A program made the translations under genes and the position numbers. Positions 1 through 10,137 of a stretch of DNA of 64,000 bases are shown in pieces; the first letter of the stretch is position 1, and each line of letters begins with the position of its first letter. The DNA comes from Dehalococcoidia bacterium (GTDB lineage: Bacteria; Chloroflexota; Dehalococcoidia; GIF9; UBA5629). The notes beneath the pieces were generated by a model. That model did no database searches. It saw only the letters and a program-made list of their open reading frames with translations, and was not told where the DNA came from. The stretch is from the NCBI GenBank assembly GCA_050011565.1, contig JBEKIW010000004.1:113522-177521 (forward strand). Direction: 5' to 3'.

Positions 1-1
1 C

Positions 2-115
2 TACCGGGGAGAAATAGCACTGGGCGTTATTAAGATGATAACATGTGGCGGCCTTGGAGTGTGGTATTTAGTGGATGTAGCTATTGCTGCCTATCAATTT
101 GGAAAGCTTGACTAA
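2..115 (+). CDS. TM2-domain membrane protein, C-terminal fragment (runs off the window start)
   Basis: Own translation: YRGEIALGVIKMITCGGLGVWYLVDVAIAAYQFGKLD*. This matches the TM2 pattern (G..KL.T.GGLG.W...D). Confidence 0.6.
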   Translation, partial: YRGEIALGVIKMITCGGLGVWYLVDVAIAAYQFGKLD

Positions 116-178
116 TCCCGAAGCTAACCGTTAAATTAAGGCCTTTTCACCTGAGGGCAGGTGACAGCTAGAGCAAAA

Positions 179-318
179 ATCCCCCTTAATCCCCCTTTTT
201 CTAAGGGGGAGACGAAGAATAAAAGTTAGAAGTAGGGATTTAAGATCCCCCTTAACCCCCCTTTTCCAAAGGGGGAAATAGACCTCTCCCTTTCGTAAAG
301 GGAGATTGAGAGGGATTT
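179..318. repeat. Three REP-like palindromic repeats (ATCCCCCTTAATCCCCCTTT..AAGGGGGA type)
   Basis: Direct copies at 179-210 and 245-276 and an inverted copy at 284-318. Each contains a C-rich/G-rich hairpin. They lie between convergent genes. Confidence 0.75.
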
Positions 319-321
319 TAG

Positions 322-1611
322 CTACATTGCCGGGTTCGTGACGTGTCCGAGAAATAAGATCGCCCCTGTTTGAATGTCCCGAATTAGAAAGATAAAGGGG
401 CGGTCAATGGTCACATCAACAACGTTCAATTGTAACGATGTGGTTGTCATAACAACCGCCGTAGCGGCGGCTGCCTCCGTGCCGACTTCGTCGACAGAAA
501 CAAATGCCTTATGAATCACGTCCGATATGTATAGATCGCGCTTGCCGTCCATGCCTGAAAAATCAGCGTTCTCGGTAAAAGCCACCGGCATACCCATAGC
601 ACTGAGGGCTTTCTTCAGGCTGAAGTCGGAGGAGAATTCGTATTTGGGCATAGTCAACACGACTCGCTTGGAAGCTAAGCTGGCAATAATTCCGTCGACC
701 TTACCGGCATCCAGAGACCTTTCAAACGTAGTGAACTGGCCGGGCTGAGGCAGCAGAATCACCATGGAAAGCTCGCTTCCGTCATAGGGCAATTCCACCG
801 CCTGATAATCATCACCTTCTGCATAGGCAAACGATTTTGTCTGTTTCATCATTGGCACGGTGACTTCACTGCCGGAGAGCAAGTGAAAGGTGCCATCGGC
901 GGTGGCATCTTTCTCGAAGGGGAACTGCCAGGCGGCGTTGAAGTAGATGGCGTTGGTCAGGACCAGGCGGGTCATGGCGTCGATAGCGCCCGGTGGAATC
1001 AGGTCTTTAATCCTGCCTTCCGTCTGGTCGCTTACCCAGTCGTTAATAGTGACGCGCGATGGTTCAGGTGCGTTTATGAAATCGAGCGTTCTGATGCCGG
1101 CGCCGTAGTTCTCAGCCAGGATATCGAGGAACTCCTGGAGAAAGGCGTAGCCCTTTTGTCCCCAGATGGCATTTACGATATTGAGTCTGAAGCCTTTCTC
1201 ATCCTTGCCTTTGGCGCCCTGGCCACGCTGGCTTAGTTCTATATCCAGGCTATTGAGCGCCGGGTGAAGCAGTTCCTGCGGCAGAGTATAGTGGAGCGTG
1301 TTTGCCATTTGCTGCGCCGTATCGCCGCGGGCGCCGGCATAGGTCATAGCCAGTGCCAGCGAAATGCTGTAGGGTGAAAAGAAAACGTTTTCATCTCCTT
1401 TGATTTGTTGATAGGCGTCAAAGGCAAATGCGTTGTTGCCGTTTACCAGCGCGGCCAGGTCAGCCTGACTGGCGACTGGAGAAGTTATTCTTTGCTTATC
1501 CGATTTTACTGTCTGGCTTACCGGCTGCGCACCAGGCGGCACGATACAGGCTGAACTGCCAATCAACATCATAGCAACTAAAATAACCGAAACCAGCAAA
1601 TTGTTTTTCAT
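322..1611 (-). CDS. Serpin family protein (probable lipoprotein)
   Basis: FSPYSI, NAIYF, hinge/RCL DEVGTEAAAAT and DRPFIFLI serpin motifs. Signal peptide with a lipobox-like SSAC. Confidence 0.95.
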   Translation of the reverse strand: MKNNLLVSVILVAMMLIGSSACIVPPGAQPVSQTVKSDKQRITSPVASQADLAALVNGNNAFAFDAYQQIKGDENVFFSPYSISLALAMTYAGARGDTAQQMANTLHYTLPQELLHPALNSLDIELSQRGQGAKGKDEKGFRLNIVNAIWGQKGYAFLQEFLDILAENYGAGIRTLDFINAPEPSRVTINDWVSDQTEGRIKDLIPPGAIDAMTRLVLTNAIYFNAAWQFPFEKDATADGTFHLLSGSEVTVPMMKQTKSFAYAEGDDYQAVELPYDGSELSMVILLPQPGQFTTFERSLDAGKVDGIIASLASKRVVLTMPKYEFSSDFSLKKALSAMGMPVAFTENADFSGMDGKRDLYISDVIHKAFVSVDEVGTEAAAATAVVMTTTSLQLNVVDVTIDRPFIFLIRDIQTGAILFLGHVTNPAM

Positions 1612-1699
1612 GTTTTATTCCCTCCTAGTCTACTCTATCACCATGAATAACGAAGCGGCCTGGCAAAGGTTTAGCAAGCCACAGTGCGCAGGCGGTTTC

Positions 1700-2143
1700 T
1701 CAAGGTACACATATGATTTCCGGCTCGTGTTCCGGCTGCGGACGGGCACCTCCTTCAGCGAAGATGTGTACCGCCTGATAAACATAGCACGCCCTGGACT
1801 TACACATACCATCCTCAAGGCAGATTTCCCTCAGAATTTCATCAGCCCGCTGCCGGTGAACCCTATAATCGAGGACGCCTTCCCGCATCAACTGATACAG
1901 GGCGTCGTGAACGAGAGAGCCACGCATGAAGTCTCTGGTATCGATGGTCGGTCCGCTGGGCCCGTCCCAGGCATAATACTTGTTGATAGATAAAATCCCC
2001 TGCGGGGACAAGGACAGGAATTTAGCCAGTTTGCGCCTGATAGCCTTGAGAGGTTTGAGGTCGATTTTAATCGTGTAGTCTTTCATCACCTGGTACTTAT
2101 AACTCGTCAGGTTCCTATAACAAACCTTTGACATGTTCACCAC
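1700..2143 (-). CDS. DUF1353-like protein
   Basis: YAWDGPSGP...SLVHDALYQ...RADEIL motif. Confidence 0.7.
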   Translation of the reverse strand: MVNMSKVCYRNLTSYKYQVMKDYTIKIDLKPLKAIRRKLAKFLSLSPQGILSINKYYAWDGPSGPTIDTRDFMRGSLVHDALYQLMREGVLDYRVHRQRADEILREICLEDGMCKSRACYVYQAVHIFAEGGARPQPEHEPEIICVP

Positions 2144-2201
2144 CTCCTATATTCCTTCAGTAACAGTGCCTTGTACGGCTCGCCTAAGAGGATTCATAAA
2201 T

Positions 2202-3149
2202 CTAGGTAACAGACTCCAGCACCTCTTGTATGGCTCTCTCTGTCAATTGCAGGAATGTATCATACGCTCCTAAATCCAATTTCCCTTCCGCTATAATTTT
2301 ACCGATAGGTCTATCCATAATGTTGGCTATAATATACTGACACAATGGGTCCATTAATTTCAGTGCCCAAAGTTCCCTCTCTGTAGGCGGCTCAATTATC
2401 TTCAGTTCCTCGGCTACTTTCAAATCCCATGGAATACTATTTTTCACATCCTCAACGTCTGCCTCATCCTGCCAGGGGAATACCTCAGCTAAATACAGCA
2501 CATGGGTATGAGGGTCGAATCTGAAAACTCCTCTGTCAGTGACCACGGCTGAAGGTCCTCCTCCAACTAAATTCGCCTTCTTCCTGGCATCGGGACTGCC
2601 ATCGAGGAAACCTGCCTCGGTCATGTAGTCGAGTTTTTCCACCCATTGCCTTGGGTTAAACTCCGCGGTATACACTATTCTCCCCGCCGATGATGCTATG
2701 TCGGCTCCGCCGCCGCTACCATTCATCTTCATTTGTCGTCCAATTATATAACTAACATTAACATTTCCAAACATATCCATTTGGGCAAACCCCAGATAAG
2801 ACATATCAATAAAGCCCGATTGTTGGTCTATGAACGTCTCAGGAAGGCCCTGATGACACATAGCCATGGCGCCTGCCGAGTTATCAGCCGGGCTGATCAG
2901 GACGGAAACGCTGGCAAATCCCACATATCCTGCCTCGGCCACCAGTACTACATTTGGCGTATGTACCAGCTTGGCTATGGCACCGGCGAGGTCCGAAATG
3001 CCAATGCCAACAAACACAGTCTCTCTATCTTCCACTTCCCTTGACCCGGCGCAGCATACCAGCACCGGCGGCTCATATCTCTTCTTCATTGCATCGAGCT
3101 GCCGCCGTGAATATTTCTCTCGCGTGGTATATAAATGTCCCATTTTCAT
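2202..3149 (-). CDS. Family I CoA-transferase, beta subunit (GctB-like)
   Basis: VFVGIG, catalytic-Glu-like VAEAG, QMDMFGNVN, GSGGGADIA and VVTDRGVFRF motifs. Confidence 0.85.
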   Translation of the reverse strand: MKMGHLYTTREKYSRRQLDAMKKRYEPPVLVCCAGSREVEDRETVFVGIGISDLAGAIAKLVHTPNVVLVAEAGYVGFASVSVLISPADNSAGAMAMCHQGLPETFIDQQSGFIDMSYLGFAQMDMFGNVNVSYIIGRQMKMNGSGGGADIASSAGRIVYTAEFNPRQWVEKLDYMTEAGFLDGSPDARKKANLVGGGPSAVVTDRGVFRFDPHTHVLYLAEVFPWQDEADVEDVKNSIPWDLKVAEELKIIEPPTERELWALKLMDPLCQYIIANIMDRPIGKIIAEGKLDLGAYDTFLQLTERAIQEVLESVT

Positions 3150-3177
3150 ACCTCTCTTATATTTTTATTAATATCCC

Positions 3178-4230
3178 TCACCCGGGTATATTGTTTAGCT
3201 TATGTTCTGCTTTAGCCAGTCTATCCAGTTTTTCCCATCCTATCTTGTCGCAATATCCGAAGTGAGTTTTGGGGCCATAAACCCATTCATCGATCCACTT
3301 CAAAGCTCCTTCGCGACTCTGCCTCTGTAGTAAGAGTGACACGAAGCTTAGACCGTCCATTGTATAGCATCCAAAGCAACCTGCAGGATGGCAATTAAAG
3401 GGAAGGTGGACAACGGCATCGGTGCAATAGGCTGGTATCACCGTCAGCCCCGGGTTCTCATATATCTTTTCGGTGGGAACAATTTCCTCAGCAAGCAGCA
3501 CTACATGTTTAGCTGCCCTGGCTTTCCAGTAATCCGTTCCTTTAAAGCCCCATATCTGACCATTTCCTCTTCGGTCTGCCTTCTGAACTGAGATGAAGGC
3601 GACATCCGGTTTGTAAGCCGGGATAAGCAGCAGCGGCTTGTTCTCATACGGGTCATTTATGACCTTGATATCTTTATTGTATTTGGGGATATCGGTGCCA
3701 AGTGAGGAGCGGCAGGGCATGAAGGGGACATTGATTGCCCCGGCCATGAGTCTCAGCGAAATTTCAAAATTCGTCCAGTCTACGATCTTGAGCCAGGGTA
3801 AATCAGACTTAACCTTATCTTTCGGCGTGGCTAAAACACCACCCGCCTCAACCGGGCGCGGTACACCCTCCTTTATACCGCGCTCCAGCGCCGGCGTGCC
3901 GGAAATACCACCCACCTGGCGCGTCATGTTATACGCTATATCTATCCTATCGAGCACCCCCAACTCTACCAGCAGGTCTATACCCTCAAAATTTCCGCTC
4001 TCATCTATAATAGATAAATTTTTCTTTCCTTGACGTGCTATCTCCCTCATAATGGCTTCAGGCTGCCTGCACATGACAAAACCACCTATACAAAATGAAT
4101 CTCCATCATGCAGAAACGTTTCCACTGCTTCCTTCTCCGTCATCACCTTACGCAATCTCTTTTTGTAATGTGCGTCTTTGGCTCTCTCCTCATAATTTAT
4201 TGTTTCAAGCCCTTTTATTGCCATTTTCAC
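3178..4230 (-). CDS. Family I CoA-transferase, alpha subunit (GctA-like)
   Basis: DGDSFCIGGF, LMAGAINVPFMP, PDVAFISVQKADRRGN and HPAGC motifs. Paired with the beta subunit. Confidence 0.85.
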   Translation of the reverse strand: MKMAIKGLETINYEERAKDAHYKKRLRKVMTEKEAVETFLHDGDSFCIGGFVMCRQPEAIMREIARQGKKNLSIIDESGNFEGIDLLVELGVLDRIDIAYNMTRQVGGISGTPALERGIKEGVPRPVEAGGVLATPKDKVKSDLPWLKIVDWTNFEISLRLMAGAINVPFMPCRSSLGTDIPKYNKDIKVINDPYENKPLLLIPAYKPDVAFISVQKADRRGNGQIWGFKGTDYWKARAAKHVVLLAEEIVPTEKIYENPGLTVIPAYCTDAVVHLPFNCHPAGCFGCYTMDGLSFVSLLLQRQSREGALKWIDEWVYGPKTHFGYCDKIGWEKLDRLAKAEHKLNNIPG

Positions 4231-4426
4231 AATGCCCCCTTTTATAAATTTTCTAGAAACTAGATTATCCAGTAGCTTTAAGGTTTTTTACTTCGATGGA
4301 GAACACCTGGTTTCTGGAATACCATGAGTTAGATAATCCGGTATCGACTTCAGGTGGGTTATACTATATCTCGCCAGCTTGTGATTACTGAGCTACTCAG
4401 GTTGTCACTACTAGGTCTTCTACGAA

Positions 4427-4503
4427 TGGTCGGGGTGGCCGGATTCGAACCGGCGACCACCTGAACCCCATTCAGGTGCGCTACCAGGCTGCGCTACACC
4501 CCG
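4427..4503 (-). tRNA. tRNA-Pro(GGG)
   Basis: Reverse complement CGGGGTGTAGCGCAGCCTGGTAGCGCACCTGAATGGGGTTCAGGTGGTCGCCGGTTCGAATCCGGCCACCCCGACCA: 77 nt cloverleaf, anticodon GGG, encoded CCA. Confidence 0.97.
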
Positions 4504-4598
4504 CGTGGCTTTGAATTAGTCAATATGGTATCATAAGTCCCTAATTAGAACAATCCAGGTTTAGCTTCAGTTAGTTTAAGCAGGAGAGGGTTCGAAAG

Positions 4599-5873
4599 TT
4601 GGCTAAGAAACATATTAAAACCGAAGTAAAACCGCTGCCTACCAAGCGGCAGTTGTCCAGGCACCGTCGCCAGCAGCGTATCCAGCACATCATTTACATT
4701 GCCGGGACCGTATTTTTAGCTTTGCTCATTGCTTTCGTCGCCTATGGATACTGGGACGTTCAGATTAAACCGTTTCATCAGCCGGCGGCGAAAATTAATG
4801 GTACCACCTATGATATGGGCTATTACGTAAAGATGCTTGAGCTTTATAGTAAAGGGCAGGATGCTTCCCAGACCGCGACCATGGCAGATAACCTTATCAA
4901 AGTCATGCAATATAACGAGGCAGTGGCTAGGTCAGCGCCGGAAGTCGGTATAAGTGTTAGCAATGATGAGATAAATAGCACTTTGAAGACTTTGACACTT
5001 CCAAATGAGAAGGTGTACAGGGACGCAATTGGTTCTACAACTCTGGCAAACAAATTAGTTCAGAACTATTTTGATAAGGAAGTGCCGACCAGCACCGAAC
5101 AGGTGGAGGTCCAGGCATTGTTCGTGGAAAGCGCCGATGTAGCCGACAAGCTAGCAGCCAGGATTGCGGCAGGAGATAATTTTACGGCACTGGCGGAGGA
5201 ATATTCGCTGGAACCGATTACTAAGGATAATGGCGGGAACCTGGGCTGGCTGCCTAAAGGTTTCGCCGATATGTTGCTGGGGAATTTAGGCAATTCGGCG
5301 CTCAAGGACCTTCCATTTACACTTGAGCCGGGACAGCTCAGCCAGCCGACTTTTGATGGGATGGTCAGTAAATCAATCGGTTACTGGGTGGTGCTAGTGA
5401 CTGAAAAGGACCCTACAAAGGGTAGCCATGTCAGGGCTATTCTAACAGGAAGCCGGCATGATGCCGAGGCGATAAGAGCCAAGATAGTTGCCGGGGAGGA
5501 TTTTGCGAGTCTGGTTAAAACCTATTCGCAGGATTACACTAGCGCTTCCGATAATGGCGATATGGGCTGGACGGGAGAAGGTACAATCACCAACAGGCTG
5601 GTTAGGGGGATGGCAGTGCCTCTCGAAATTGGCGCTGTAAGTCAACCGGCGGCTGATAGCTCTGTTCAAACCCTGGGAGGTTTTTGGCTGGTCAGAGTGT
5701 TGAACAAAGATGAAAACCGGGTGCTGGATGACAGTACCAGGCAAACGCTGAGAACGGGACTCTTTGAAAAATGGATGACTGAGAAAATGAAGGATGATTC
5801 GGTGGAAACGTTACTAACCGAAGACCAGAAAGCGTGGGCAATAAACCTCGTTGTTAAGAGCAGGGGTCAATAA
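4599..5873 (+). CDS. Membrane-anchored parvulin-type peptidylprolyl isomerase (PrsA/SurA-like, two rotamase domains)
   Basis: N-terminal TM helix. Two F..LA..YS.....GG.LGW-type rotamase motifs. Confidence 0.85.
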   Translation: MAKKHIKTEVKPLPTKRQLSRHRRQQRIQHIIYIAGTVFLALLIAFVAYGYWDVQIKPFHQPAAKINGTTYDMGYYVKMLELYSKGQDASQTATMADNLIKVMQYNEAVARSAPEVGISVSNDEINSTLKTLTLPNEKVYRDAIGSTTLANKLVQNYFDKEVPTSTEQVEVQALFVESADVADKLAARIAAGDNFTALAEEYSLEPITKDNGGNLGWLPKGFADMLLGNLGNSALKDLPFTLEPGQLSQPTFDGMVSKSIGYWVVLVTEKDPTKGSHVRAILTGSRHDAEAIRAKIVAGEDFASLVKTYSQDYTSASDNGDMGWTGEGTITNRLVRGMAVPLEIGAVSQPAADSSVQTLGGFWLVRVLNKDENRVLDDSTRQTLRTGLFEKWMTEKMKDDSVETLLTEDQKAWAINLVVKSRGQ

Positions 5874-5875
5874 CT

Positions 5876-7174
5876 ATGGCGGCCAGGAAGAGTATTAATA
5901 TCGGTTTGATGGGGTTGGGTGTAATCGGCGGTGGCATGGTCAAGGTCCTGATGAATAAACCGGACACTTTGGCCAGAGAAGCCGGCAGCAAGCTGGTTCT
6001 TAAAAAGGTGTTGGAGAAGGACCTGGCTAAGCATGGCGCATTAGGCGTCGACCGCGCTATTTTTACCACAAGGGTCGAAGACCTGGTGGAGAACCCGGAA
6101 ATAGACGTAATCGTGGAGCTTATGGGCGGCGAACATCCTGCCTTTGAATATATAAGGGACGCTCTAGCCCATGGCAAGCATGTGGTTACCGCCAACAAAG
6201 AGGTCATGTCCAAGCACTGGGCGGAGCTTTTGACTGCAGCTCGTGACCATAACGCTTGTCTTCGCTATGAGGCAAGCGTTGGCGGAGGCATACCTCTAAT
6301 TGCTCCCTTCCAGGAAGACCTGGTGGCTAACGATGTTTCAGCTATCTACGCCATCGTAAACGGCACTACCAACTATATTTTGACTCGAATGGCCAAGGAA
6401 GGGCTGGATTTTGCCGTGGCTTTGAAAAATGCGCAGGAATTAGGCTATGCCGAGGCTAACCCGACAAATGATATAGAAGGAATAGATGCGGCTTATAAGC
6501 TGGCTATATTAACGACCATAGCTTTCGGTACCGAAGTAAAGCCGGACAATGTGTATCACGAGGGAATTTCGCGGCTTCAGGCCCGTGATTTTCGCTATGC
6601 ACGTGAACTGGGCTATGCCATAAAGCTGCTGGCTATTGCCAAAGGAAATAAGGATTCCATCGAAGCTCGTGTTCACCCTGTCTTTATACCGGAGGACTCG
6701 CTGCTGGCCAAGGTAGACGGAGTTTATAATGCCATTTTGGTCGAAGGCGACCTGGTCGGACAGGTTATCTTCTATGGTGAGGGAGCCGGTCCCAGGGCAA
6801 CTTCGAGTGCCGTTGTTTCGGATATAATCAAGATAGCCCAGGATATTAATAACGGGAAACCCAGTGCACCGAGATTGCCTTTTGCCAGCGGGCGGACTGT
6901 TATGCCCATGGCCGAGATAAAGACTCGATACTATATGAGGATGAGCGTGGCTGACCAGCCGGGAGTTTTAGCACAGATTTCCAGGATACTGGGCGACCAT
7001 GCCATCAGTATTTCTTCAGTGATTCAGAAGGAGACCGACGCGTCTACCAGGGTTGCCGAGATTGTGATAATGACTCATCCGGCGGAAGAGCAGGCAGTTC
7101 AGCAGGCGCTTAAAGAGACCAAGCATCTGGGTGTGGTCAAAGAAATCAGCAACTTCGTCAGAGTTGAGGCTTAG
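5876..7174 (+). CDS. hom: Homoserine dehydrogenase (with ACT domain)
   Basis: [39 protein letters not shown] and C-terminal DQPGVLA ACT motif. Confidence 0.97.
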   Translation: MAARKSINIGLMGLGVIGGGMVKVLMNKPDTLAREAGSKLVLKKVLEKDLAKHGALGVDRAIFTTRVEDLVENPEIDVIVELMGGEHPAFEYIRDALAHGKHVVTANKEVMSKHWAELLTAARDHNACLRYEASVGGGIPLIAPFQEDLVANDVSAIYAIVNGTTNYILTRMAKEGLDFAVALKNAQELGYAEANPTNDIEGIDAAYKLAILTTIAFGTEVKPDNVYHEGISRLQARDFRYARELGYAIKLLAIAKGNKDSIEARVHPVFIPEDSLLAKVDGVYNAILVEGDLVGQVIFYGEGAGPRATSSAVVSDIIKIAQDINNGKPSAPRLPFASGRTVMPMAEIKTRYYMRMSVADQPGVLAQISRILGDHAISISSVIQKETDASTRVAEIVIMTHPAEEQAVQQALKETKHLGVVKEISNFVRVEA

Positions 7175-7182
7175 GTGTAACC

Positions 7183-8235
7183 ATGGAACGCGGAGTTTTG
7201 TTCAGATACCGTGATTTGCTACCGGTTACTCAAGCCACGCCCATGATAACCCTGGGTGAGGGCAGTACCCCCCTGGTCAGGTCGCTTTACCTGGAGAAGG
7301 AGCTTGGCTGCGGCGGGCTTTATTTTAAGCTCGAGGGGTGTAATCCTACCGGCTCTTTCAAGGACCGGGGCATGGTGGTGGCTATAGCCAAGGCTGTGGA
7401 AGAAGGCAGTCGCAGCGTCATTTGTGCGTCTACCGGAAATACCAGCGCCTCGGCTGCTGCCTACGGAGCCAGATTCGGCCTCGATGTGGTGGTTATGGTG
7501 CCCAAAGGTAAGATAGCCCTGGGTAAGATGGCTCAGGCGATTGCTTACGGGGCCAAGATTATCGCCGTACAGGGCAACTTCGACCAGGCGCTGCAGATAG
7601 TCCGCAGCCTGGCGGAAAAGCATCCGGTTACGCTGGTCAATTCGCTAAACCCGTATAGAATTCAAGGTCAGAAGACGGCGGCGTTTGAGATTGTGGATGA
7701 TTTGGGTGATGCTCCCGACTACTTTTTTATCCCCGTTGGTAATGCCGGAAATATTACCGCCTACTGGAAAGGTTTTGTAGAATACAAAAAGGCGGGCAGG
7801 GCTAGCCGGACTCCGAAGATGATGGGCTTTCAGGCTGAAGGTGCCGCGCCCATAGTCAAGGGCAAGGTCATCGACAGGCCGAAAACCTTAGCGACGGCAA
7901 TCCGCATCGGTAACCCAGCCAGCTGGAAGGGGGCAGTGGCGGCTCGAGATGAATCCGGCGGCGTAATCGATTCAGTGACTGACGATGAGATTCTGGCTGC
8001 CTATAAGCTTCTGGCGAGGAAGGAAGGCGTTTTCGGCGAACCGGCCTCAGCGGCGTCGGTGGCCGGGCTTATCAAGATGGTCAAACAGGGGTTGAATCTT
8101 TCCGGTAAAAAAGTGGTCTGTATCATCACCGGCACCGGGCTGAAAGACCCAAACCTGCCGGCAAAGTTCGCCGAGCCTTTTCCAGAATTGCCCGCTGACA
8201 TAAAAGCAGTTGAGCGAACCTTAGGGTGGAGTTGA
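7183..8235 (+). CDS. thrC: Threonine synthase
   Basis: [10 protein letters not shown] (PLP lysine), CASTGNT and PVGNAGN motifs. Confidence 0.97.
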   Translation: MERGVLFRYRDLLPVTQATPMITLGEGSTPLVRSLYLEKELGCGGLYFKLEGCNPTGSFKDRGMVVAIAKAVEEGSRSVICASTGNTSASAAAYGARFGLDVVVMVPKGKIALGKMAQAIAYGAKIIAVQGNFDQALQIVRSLAEKHPVTLVNSLNPYRIQGQKTAAFEIVDDLGDAPDYFFIPVGNAGNITAYWKGFVEYKKAGRASRTPKMMGFQAEGAAPIVKGKVIDRPKTLATAIRIGNPASWKGAVAARDESGGVIDSVTDDEILAAYKLLARKEGVFGEPASAASVAGLIKMVKQGLNLSGKKVVCIITGTGLKDPNLPAKFAEPFPELPADIKAVERTLGWS

Positions 8236-8271
8236 CATTAGCCGCCACCGCAAGTATAAAGAGACCTGCCA

Positions 8272-8850
8272 ATGCCTAGAGTAAGAACAGCCAGCGTCGG
8301 TGAATTCTATCAGCATTATCCCAAAGTAGCGGCTATACTTACGGTAAACGCCGGAGGCAAGAAGAACGCCATGGCCGCCGCCTGGCACAGCGCCATTTCC
8401 TATAAGCCTCCGCTTTATGGAGTGGCTGTATCACCCAAGAGGTATACTTATAAACTTATCGTAGAATCCGGAGAGTTCGGCATTAACTTCATGCCCTTTG
8501 AAGCTGCCGAGCTTATCGCTTCGGTCGGCGGCAGCGGCGGCAGTGAAATGGATAAGTTTCGTAAGTTTAATGTAGCGGAAGAGAAGCCCTTGAAAACGAC
8601 GGTGCCAATACTGAGAGAGGCATATGCCGCTTATGAGTGCAAACTTGTGGATAATAAAACCTATGGCGACCATGCCTGGATGGTGGGTGAAATTGTGGCG
8701 GTGCATTTTACCGACGATTTATTCACTGACAAGGGAACACTTGATGTTAGCAAGCTGAATCCGGCGCTTTATCTGGGAGCTGAACTTTACATAACTGCTA
8801 AGAGAGAATCGGTTCGATTGCTGGACCGGGAGACTTACGGAAGGCGTTAG
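8272..8850 (+). CDS. Flavin reductase-like family protein
   Basis: [15 protein letters not shown] and YECKL....GDH..VGEI motifs. Confidence 0.88.
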   Translation: MPRVRTASVGEFYQHYPKVAAILTVNAGGKKNAMAAAWHSAISYKPPLYGVAVSPKRYTYKLIVESGEFGINFMPFEAAELIASVGGSGGSEMDKFRKFNVAEEKPLKTTVPILREAYAAYECKLVDNKTYGDHAWMVGEIVAVHFTDDLFTDKGTLDVSKLNPALYLGAELYITAKRESVRLLDRETYGRR

Positions 8851-8878
8851 AAAAAAGTTATCTAAGAGGAGGGCAGCA

Positions 8879-9445
8879 GTGGTTGACATGCCTAAGATCG
8901 AAGCCGCGGTACTTTCTATAATTAAGGCCATCGGGGAGGACCCTCAAAGGGAAGGCCTGCGGGATACGCCGCAGCGCATTGCTGACATGTATACTGAGCT
9001 TTTTTCGGGTTTGAATATGGATGCCAAAGCGGAGTTGACCGTGGGTTTTGAGGTGGGACATCATGAAATGGTGATACTCAGAGATATTCCTTTTTACTCT
9101 ATGTGCGAGCATCATTTTTTACCGTTTTATGGAGTGGCTCATGTGGGCTATATTCCCAGTGAAGAGGGGCGGGTTGTCGGGGTGAGCAAGCTGGCGCGGG
9201 TAGTGGATATCTTTGCTAAACGGCTTCAATTGCAGGAGCGGATGACGTCACAGATTGCCGATGCCATTTGCGAAGCTCTGCAACCGGACGGTGTGGCGGT
9301 GGTCATTCAAGCCGAGCATTTATGCATGACCATGCGCGGCATTAAGAAGCCGGGGAGCAACGTTATAACTTCGGCCACCAGGGGACTTTTCCGCAGCAGA
9401 GCGGCCACACGCGCCGAGTTCCTGTCGTTAGTCCAAGGCAGATAA
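8879..9445 (+). CDS. folE: GTP cyclohydrolase I
   Basis: [28 protein letters not shown] and HLCMTMRG motifs. Confidence 0.97.
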   Translation: MVDMPKIEAAVLSIIKAIGEDPQREGLRDTPQRIADMYTELFSGLNMDAKAELTVGFEVGHHEMVILRDIPFYSMCEHHFLPFYGVAHVGYIPSEEGRVVGVSKLARVVDIFAKRLQLQERMTSQIADAICEALQPDGVAVVIQAEHLCMTMRGIKKPGSNVITSATRGLFRSRAATRAEFLSLVQGR

Positions 9446-9468
9446 TTTATTCATGGCGCAGGGACTCG

Positions 9469-10137
9469 ATGGGTACTGTATCGAAAGCTAAAATGGAAGC
9501 TAAAAACCTGATACCACCGTTTATCTCAGAGGTCAAGGGATTTCTTGACGAGGACGAGGGCTTAAGGTTGTTTGAACTGGCCTCCGAAGCTTGTTCGCTT
9601 GGCCCCTGTCTCGAGATTGGCAGCTTTTGTGGGAAGTCCACTATATATATTGGGACTGCCTGTAAAATAAAGGGGAGGACGTTGTTCTCAATCGACCATC
9701 ATCGAGGTTCGGAGGAACAACAACCCGGCCAGCCTTACTTCGATTCTGACCTTATGGATAGCGAGTCCGGCCTGATTGACAGCCTTCCTTATTTTCGTGC
9801 CGTCATAAAAAAGGCCGGATTGGACGATGTTGTGGTGCCCATGGTAACCAAATCCCATGTCGCAGCTAAAGATTGGGAGACGCCTTTGGGCTTAGTGTTC
9901 ATAGACGGTGGCCACAGCTACGAAACAGTTATTACAGACTATGAGTGCTGGTGTCCGCATTTGCTGCTTGGTGGGTTCCTTGTCTTCCATGACGTCTTTT
10001 TAGACCCGGCTGAAGGCGGGCGGGCTCCTTATGAAGTTTACAAGCTGGCGCTGGCCTCAGGTCAGTTTGAAGAACTGCCGATGACGAAGACATTAGGTGC
10101 GCTACGGTATTGCCAGCCCATGATGGTCAAGAAGTAG
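9469..10137 (+). CDS. Class I SAM-dependent methyltransferase (Methyltransf_24-like)
   Basis: LEIGSFCGKST, SIDHHRGSEE, FIDGGH and FHD motifs. Confidence 0.85.
   Translation: MGTVSKAKMEAKNLIPPFISEVKGFLDEDEGLRLFELASEACSLGPCLEIGSFCGKSTIYIGTACKIKGRTLFSIDHHRGSEEQQPGQPYFDSDLMDSESGLIDSLPYFRAVIKKAGLDDVVVPMVTKSHVAAKDWETPLGLVFIDGGHSYETVITDYECWCPHLLLGGFLVFHDVFLDPAEGGRAPYEVYKLALASGQFEELPMTKTLGALRYCQPMMVKK

Noticed and set aside
1-4503. Island integrated at tRNA-Pro
   Set aside because: No duplicate of the tRNA-Pro 3' end and no integrase on that side within the window.
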